Positions 60,301-64,000 of a DNA stretch of 64,000 nt are shown piece after piece (the first letter of the stretch is position 1; each line of letters begins with the position of its first letter). Origin of the DNA: an archaeon (GTDB taxonomy: Archaea > Asgardarchaeota > Thorarchaeia > Thorarchaeales > Thorarchaeaceae); assembly GCA_024276825.1 (NCBI GenBank), contig JAJRWI010000077.1, positions 1 to 64,000 on the forward strand, written 5' to 3'. Both the position numbers and the translations under genes were made by a program. A model generated the notes under the pieces. It did no database searches, was not told the origin of the DNA, and saw only the letters and a list, made by a program, of their open reading frames with translations.

Positions 60301-60812
60301 AAACAAGCGCTATTTGGGATAGTAATTGTTGGTCTGATTATGATGGTGGAGGGGTGTATATCATTGATGAAAAAGATGATCAAATAGACTATTCGCCCAG
60401 AATTCTAGCGCAGCCTGATTACGAACCCCCTAAAATCGATCATCCCCAAGATGTTATCATTTCTGCGGGTGATGCCAGTAACATAGTCTGGCATCCAAGA
60501 GATGAAAATCCATTCAGATATGAGATATTTCTTGATGGACAGATCATAGAGAATTCGGAGTGGGATGGACAAAACATAGAGTTTACCATCTCCATAACAT
60601 CGCTTGGTGAACACATTCTTGTGATAAGAGTGTATGATGTCCTAGATGATTTTACAGAAGATATAGTGTTAGTAATAGTCAATAACAACAATGAACAGCT
60701 ATATTTGATGTTTTGGAGCGGAATAATCGTTGTTGAAGTTGTCATCTGGATCTATCTATTTCACCAACGGGGTCGTATATTGGAAAGACGGCAGCCTCCT
60801 GATAGCGTCTAA
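57333..60812 (+). CDS. Right-handed parallel beta-helix (NosD-like) surface protein with C-terminal TM anchor
   Basis: Signal peptide, GSGTIDDPY, many N-rich beta-helix rungs, an Ig-like domain and a C-terminal TM. Confidence 0.88.
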   Translation: MCSRKLLIFGLIMLITLFPTYSTNPNSISVKPLIEIQLTQEHSQEFTESDPIYIWSDDDFLTNGFSGSGTIDDPYTLESKEIFSDYSAILIQDTYAHFVIRNCILGANGPYSVPVRIIDAANGRIENCTIISGDCGAVLSYSKSIEFINNKVHAKSYGLMIRNSKDSLVSKNSFYNCGIDIYGEKIEYWTNEIYDNDINGRPIRIIKDKVNVTVGSEDFGQLILINCTNVISEDISIVNNSTGLVMGFCSNITINRTTFTNNYRDLSFIACQDIAITNSIMTNITDGINADYCTNLVLDNVTAIYSSSDHRVYLYLYDCQNITMTNCILNFTGNGVIISSSDNMLISNCIFIGINNAITLQQGETIIASNNTFVDAYYVCALYSSSNFRFSNNTVENCRYAFAQIFDCTDIYVSDNTIATYGLFYWGFSRNSSFRRNHITITGSGESDLSMLSDSFIENNTIIAINPSSVVIQNCDNLKVSNNKFINAGIVISGEYQIGSITFSGNTVNSLPMIVVINQNGLTFQDSQIGQLIIINSNNIDVKNCTFTNSAVGVQFLNSTDILVSDSTFLNLRKAGVLVQGFDINVENCYFENATVSGRLSTNLRISNCYFVNAAAEFDSCQLVQISLSTFINHRMEWQKSNNITFAKWKMIGEQTSLRFVWCNDIYLSYVQIVQGEGIEFSSCSLVALVDCDLEISYLHFWDNLNEGLPLTVSNVTINGKELGYFVEINNGRLFCDNYGLIILIRCSNISISASSGEPILGIMLYRSLNCTINEVTLESEKVSTVQIIESEDCIVQNIRLIGGGIEILASSGTLIKNGTFDSVEKSFKIVDSSAVTIQNISVNNSGGILESHESNNLVVNGSRWYNTTYSLFIHGGKNSSFNGCNFTYVNNSLLFIELHELTLSFIDVINNSDDGIVLTSVSNFTLSNSRVISANGYGIVLMNCNIGNITKNRVYFCENYGIYMGFANNITVKNNAIGWNNLGNAKTDKTSAIWDSNCWSDYDGGGVYIIDEKDDQIDYSPRILAQPDYEPPKIDHPQDVIISAGDASNIVWHPRDENPFRYEIFLDGQIIENSEWDGQNIEFTISITSLGEHILVIRVYDVLDDFTEDIVLVIVNNNNEQLYLMFWSGIIVVEVVIWIYLFHQRGRILERRQPPDSV

Positions 60813-62073
60813 CTGTTAATTCTTCATATGTCTGTGATGTCATATTCCAATGAAACCAGGCATTAACAGCATAATGGTCTGATGCAGTCTGAGCAGGAGG
60901 TGCAGTATAAACGCTGGAATTAATCAACATGCTATCGAAAAACGAGTTTACAATTATATAGTCAATTCGAAATGCATCAGTGGTTGTCTGATGCCCGTAT
61001 GTAAAGCCTGGATCATCAGGATTAAGGGTCCTGTATACATCAGTGAAATTATGCACTTTTGAAGAGTAATGGCCATAGGTCTCATCAGAAGGGTCAAGAA
61101 GCATGGTCATTGGGCCATAGCCAAGATCCATATCACTCTGGGGGGCAAGCGTGCCATTGTCATAGGGCGAATACGAGTTCTGATCACTCAAGTAGATTAT
61201 CGGAACATTCCCAAGATCGTCCATGTAATTGATTAGGCCCTCCATCTCACGTTCTCTACGATATTGATTCTGCTGCCCATCGGACGCTTTTAGATGGCCG
61301 CCAAAGACGTGAACATCGGTGCCATTAAAGTCGACAATGGCCTCAAGGAAGTCATGTGTGACTTTGTATGTGGAATTATCATCAAGCCGCACATTGGCAA
61401 TTTGATTGAACTGCTTGATTGGAAGACGACTCACAATCGCCTCGCCCGACGTGGAGTAATCAACATATTTTGTACAATAGCCGACATATAATGCCTCATT
61501 AGCGAAATATGAGTTAAACTCACTGACATAACGATTGAGCTTTTCATTTGCATTATCGTCCCAGGTGCCGGTTTCAACAAACACCACAAGATCTGGGTTC
61601 ACAGCCTTTACAACATCTTTCCATCCACTGTTGACTCCGGACTCCTTGATGTTATAGACCATTATGTTGATGTCGCCATCGAACTGATAACTGCGGTTCA
61701 TACCATTATCAATATTGACCTCAATTGCTTGACGGTCTCTCTTGCCCTCACTGTCAATCGCATCTGCCCTGATTGTGTGTTTTCCATCAGGGAGTAGCGT
61801 GGTATTCCATTCGTATGTATTCGCAGTGGCTATCAGTGATCCATCGATGTAGACATTTGCCACAAGGTCTTCCTCATCGACAATCGAGATATTGATGGTC
61901 ACTGTCCCTGACAACTTCGAGCCTGGCGATGGGCTGAGAATTGTGAGTTCAGGGGTCAAGTTAATGTGGTTGTCTTGAGGTTCCTCTTGAGGTTGCGATA
62001 GGAATAAGAACAGGAATCCTGATGATACTATCACTATCAGGACTATGACAATTACAAGAAGACGGCTACTCAT
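60742..62073 (-). CDS. Membrane-anchored Ig-like + endonuclease/exonuclease/phosphatase (EEP) protein
   Basis: N-terminal TM; Ig-like WNTTLLPDGKHTI; EEP motifs YNI, HLKA, D.N, RIDYI and SDH. Confidence 0.85.
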   Translation of the reverse strand: MSSRLLVIVIVLIVIVSSGFLFLFLSQPQEEPQDNHINLTPELTILSPSPGSKLSGTVTINISIVDEEDLVANVYIDGSLIATANTYEWNTTLLPDGKHTIRADAIDSEGKRDRQAIEVNIDNGMNRSYQFDGDINIMVYNIKESGVNSGWKDVVKAVNPDLVVFVETGTWDDNANEKLNRYVSEFNSYFANEALYVGYCTKYVDYSTSGEAIVSRLPIKQFNQIANVRLDDNSTYKVTHDFLEAIVDFNGTDVHVFGGHLKASDGQQNQYRREREMEGLINYMDDLGNVPIIYLSDQNSYSPYDNGTLAPQSDMDLGYGPMTMLLDPSDETYGHYSSKVHNFTDVYRTLNPDDPGFTYGHQTTTDAFRIDYIIVNSFFDSMLINSSVYTAPPAQTASDHYAVNAWFHWNMTSQTYEELTVRRYQEAAVFPIYDPVGEIDRSR

Positions 62074-62152
62074 TTTATCATTCACATCTTGCAAGGACTG
62101 TACATTTATTGCTTCAACCAGAATTAACCTCTTTCGGTGAAGCAGTTTTCAA

Positions 62153-62698
62153 TCAATCTCGTGGATTGTATCTTATGTTCAGATCATTGTTGTTCATAGT
62201 CTTGCTAAGGGCTCGCAGTTCCAATGTGTCCAGATAAGTGTCCATTGCGAACATGGTCAATGTTCTTTCAACGGCAGGGATGTTTCTGAGAAAATCAACT
62301 ATGAATCGGTTCAACTCATCGATGTCCCTTGTCCTTGTCTTGAGTAGCACATCATACTCTCCACTTAGCACATGAACCTCCTGAACTAGTGGGTGTTGAG
62401 CAATCTCCTGACAGAACTCTCGCTGAGACAGTACCGTCTTTCGCCCCGGAATCCGGTACCTAATTGTAATTAGAATGAATGCCACAGTGGTTCGTCCCAA
62501 CTTTGATGGGTCCAATACCGCCGTATATTTCTGAATGATACCCAACTCCTTCAGATTCTGAATGCGCGAATGAACAGTGGAGATTCCTTTTCCCACCTTC
62601 TTTGCAATCTGCGCAACAGTGAGTTTCGCATTCTCCTGCAATAACTCAAGAATCATGATATCGGTCTTATCCAAATCCACCGAATTTTTTCCTGTCAT
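62153..62698 (-). CDS. Lrp/AsnC family transcriptional regulator
   Basis: LDKTD..ILELLQ.NA HTH and SGEYD RAM-domain motif. Confidence 0.93.
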   Translation of the reverse strand: MTGKNSVDLDKTDIMILELLQENAKLTVAQIAKKVGKGISTVHSRIQNLKELGIIQKYTAVLDPSKLGRTTVAFILITIRYRIPGRKTVLSQREFCQEIAQHPLVQEVHVLSGEYDVLLKTRTRDIDELNRFIVDFLRNIPAVERTLTMFAMDTYLDTLELRALSKTMNNNDLNIRYNPRD

Positions 62699-62716
62699 GA
62701 GATAATTATATCGAAT

Positions 62717-62739
62717 AAAACAGAAATACTTTCGGTTTT
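62717..62739. promoter_or_regulatory. Putative Lrp/FFRP operator between lrp and glnA
   Basis: AAAACAGAAA-TAC-TTTCGGTTTT, a 9/10 inverted repeat with a GAAA-N3-TTTC core. Confidence 0.45.
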
Positions 62740-62897
62740 TTGCGGGATAATCTTATAGTTAATTGTTTAGTGATATGACAAGACAGAGGTCTGCAATGAT
62801 AAGTTGTCTTGTTGTCCAATAAGACTAACAATCCTAGCCCTGCATATTTCCCCCCAATTATCATTGCACCTCTGTCATTCTCACGGTGGAATTAGCA

Positions 62898-64000
62898 ATG
62901 TCAGACATAGAAAGCCCAGAATTCATTCGATTGATCTTTAGTACGCTCAAAGGTAGGATCAAATGTGTGGAAGTGGACTCTGCTGAGATTGAATCAATTG
63001 CCAGAATTGGCTACTCGTTTGATGGATCATCAGTTCCCGGGTATGCCAAGGTCAATGACAGTGATCTAATCTTGCGTCCTGTTCCATCAGCACCCATTAT
63101 TCAAGGATGGGACACGAGCACAGCAATACTACTGTGTTCTGTCTATGAAATTAATGGCAAGCCACACGATAATGATCCAAGAAACATCTTGACAAGAATG
63201 ACCAAGCAAGCTGAGGAAAAGGGCATTCGTTTGAAAGTGGGCGCAGAGTTGGAGTTTTTCATGTTGAAAGCAAATGGTGATAATACCTTCTCTCCCGCTG
63301 ACATGGGCGGCTATTATGATATGATGCCATTGGACAGGGGTGCCAAGGTCAGAAGAGAAATAATTCATCATCTGAAGAATCTTGGAATTGGTGTAGTTGC
63401 CCATCATCATGAAGTTGCTAATGGTCAACATGAGATATGCATCCGATATGATGACGCCCAAACGGTAGCTGACTCCATAATGCTGGCACGGATTGTGATA
63501 ACAGAGGTCGTCAGTCAATATGGAATGCAAGCAACATTCATGCCAAAGCCCTTTGCATATTGCAATGGGAGTGGACTGCATTTGCATCAGAGTCTCTGGT
63601 CAGTTGATTCTGGAACAAATCTGTTTGCAAGTGATGCAAGTGGTGAGGTTTCGCAGCTGGCTCGACACTATATCGCTGGGGTTCTTGAACATGCAAGAGC
63701 CCTCACTGCTGTCGTCGCATCAACAGTCAATTCGTACAAGCGGTTGACACCGGGCTTTGAGGCTCCCACAAAGATTGCATGGGGACGACGGAATAGAAGT
63801 GTGATGGTCAGAGTTCCTCACTTTTCCACAAACTCTTCAGCAAGAATTGAGATCAGATGTCCTGATCCTCTATGCAGTCCTCACTTGGCAATGGCTGCAA
63901 TTCTTGCTGCGGGTCTCGATGGAATTGATAGGGCCCTTGAACCACCTGATGAACTGAGCGAGAACTTGTTTGAATCAGGGTTAGAAATAGCCTCACTTCC
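62898..64000 (+). CDS. glnA: Glutamine synthetase (type I family), 3'-truncated by the window edge; absent from the ORF track
   Basis: Manual translation from ATG 62898: FDGSSVPGY, ELEFF, HHEVANGQHEI, ATFMPKP...NGSGLHLHQSL, NSYKRLTPGFEAP, RIEIRCPDP. Confidence 0.93.
   Translation, partial: MSDIESPEFIRLIFSTLKGRIKCVEVDSAEIESIARIGYSFDGSSVPGYAKVNDSDLILRPVPSAPIIQGWDTSTAILLCSVYEINGKPHDNDPRNILTRMTKQAEEKGIRLKVGAELEFFMLKANGDNTFSPADMGGYYDMMPLDRGAKVRREIIHHLKNLGIGVVAHHHEVANGQHEICIRYDDAQTVADSIMLARIVITEVVSQYGMQATFMPKPFAYCNGSGLHLHQSLWSVDSGTNLFASDASGEVSQLARHYIAGVLEHARALTAVVASTVNSYKRLTPGFEAPTKIAWGRRNRSVMVRVPHFSTNSSARIEIRCPDPLCSPHLAMAAILAAGLDGIDRALEPPDELSENLFESGLEIASL

Noticed and set aside
63129-63747. Track ORFs 63129-63587 (-) and 63520-63747 (+)
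   Set aside because: Shadows of glnA, which starts at 62898 and runs off the window.
1-64000. CRISPR arrays, rRNA, complete tRNA, transposases and integrases
   Set aside because: No regularly spaced repeats or recognisable motifs were seen by eye; a tRNAscan/Infernal/CRISPR-finder run would be needed to exclude them formally.

Overview
Gene-dense archaeal chromosome segment, almost certainly from an Asgard archaeon and most plausibly Thorarchaeia. This is an inference from the longin/Arf-like GTPase, the DENN/longin-like protein, the giant sequon-rich surface proteins, GGTGA-type RBSs and frequent TTG/GTG starts. Most of the window is ordinary metabolism: biotin-dependent carboxyltransferase subunits, two Cys-less thiolase-like proteins with DUF35 partners, acyl-CoA dehydrogenase, LeuC/D/B-like enzymes, an FAH-family hydrolase, a GH36 alpha-galactosidase, panB, nadE, a P-type ATPase and a glnA that runs off the end. 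The standout is a tightly packed ~18.7 kb co-oriented cluster (8.9-27.6 kb). It encodes a DENN/longin-like + tandem winged-helix protein, two paralogous giant single-pass surface proteins with different head domains but an almost invariant cytoplasmic juxtamembrane motif, a longin-Arf-like GTPase fusion, three coiled-coil proteins (one with a steadiness-box-like motif) and a small helical protein. This is a candidate eukaryote-like receptor/GTPase signalling or membrane-sorting module. Other observations are a structured glnA leader with a uORF, a SatD/membrane-protein islet between 49-bp direct repeats, a site-1-protease-like S8 enzyme, a P-type ATPase with non-canonical ion-binding residues, a decayed third paralog hidden in an intergenic gap, and a membrane gene interrupted by an in-frame TGA. 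No rRNA, complete tRNA, CRISPR array or transposase was recognised. All family calls come from motifs read by eye; no searches were run.
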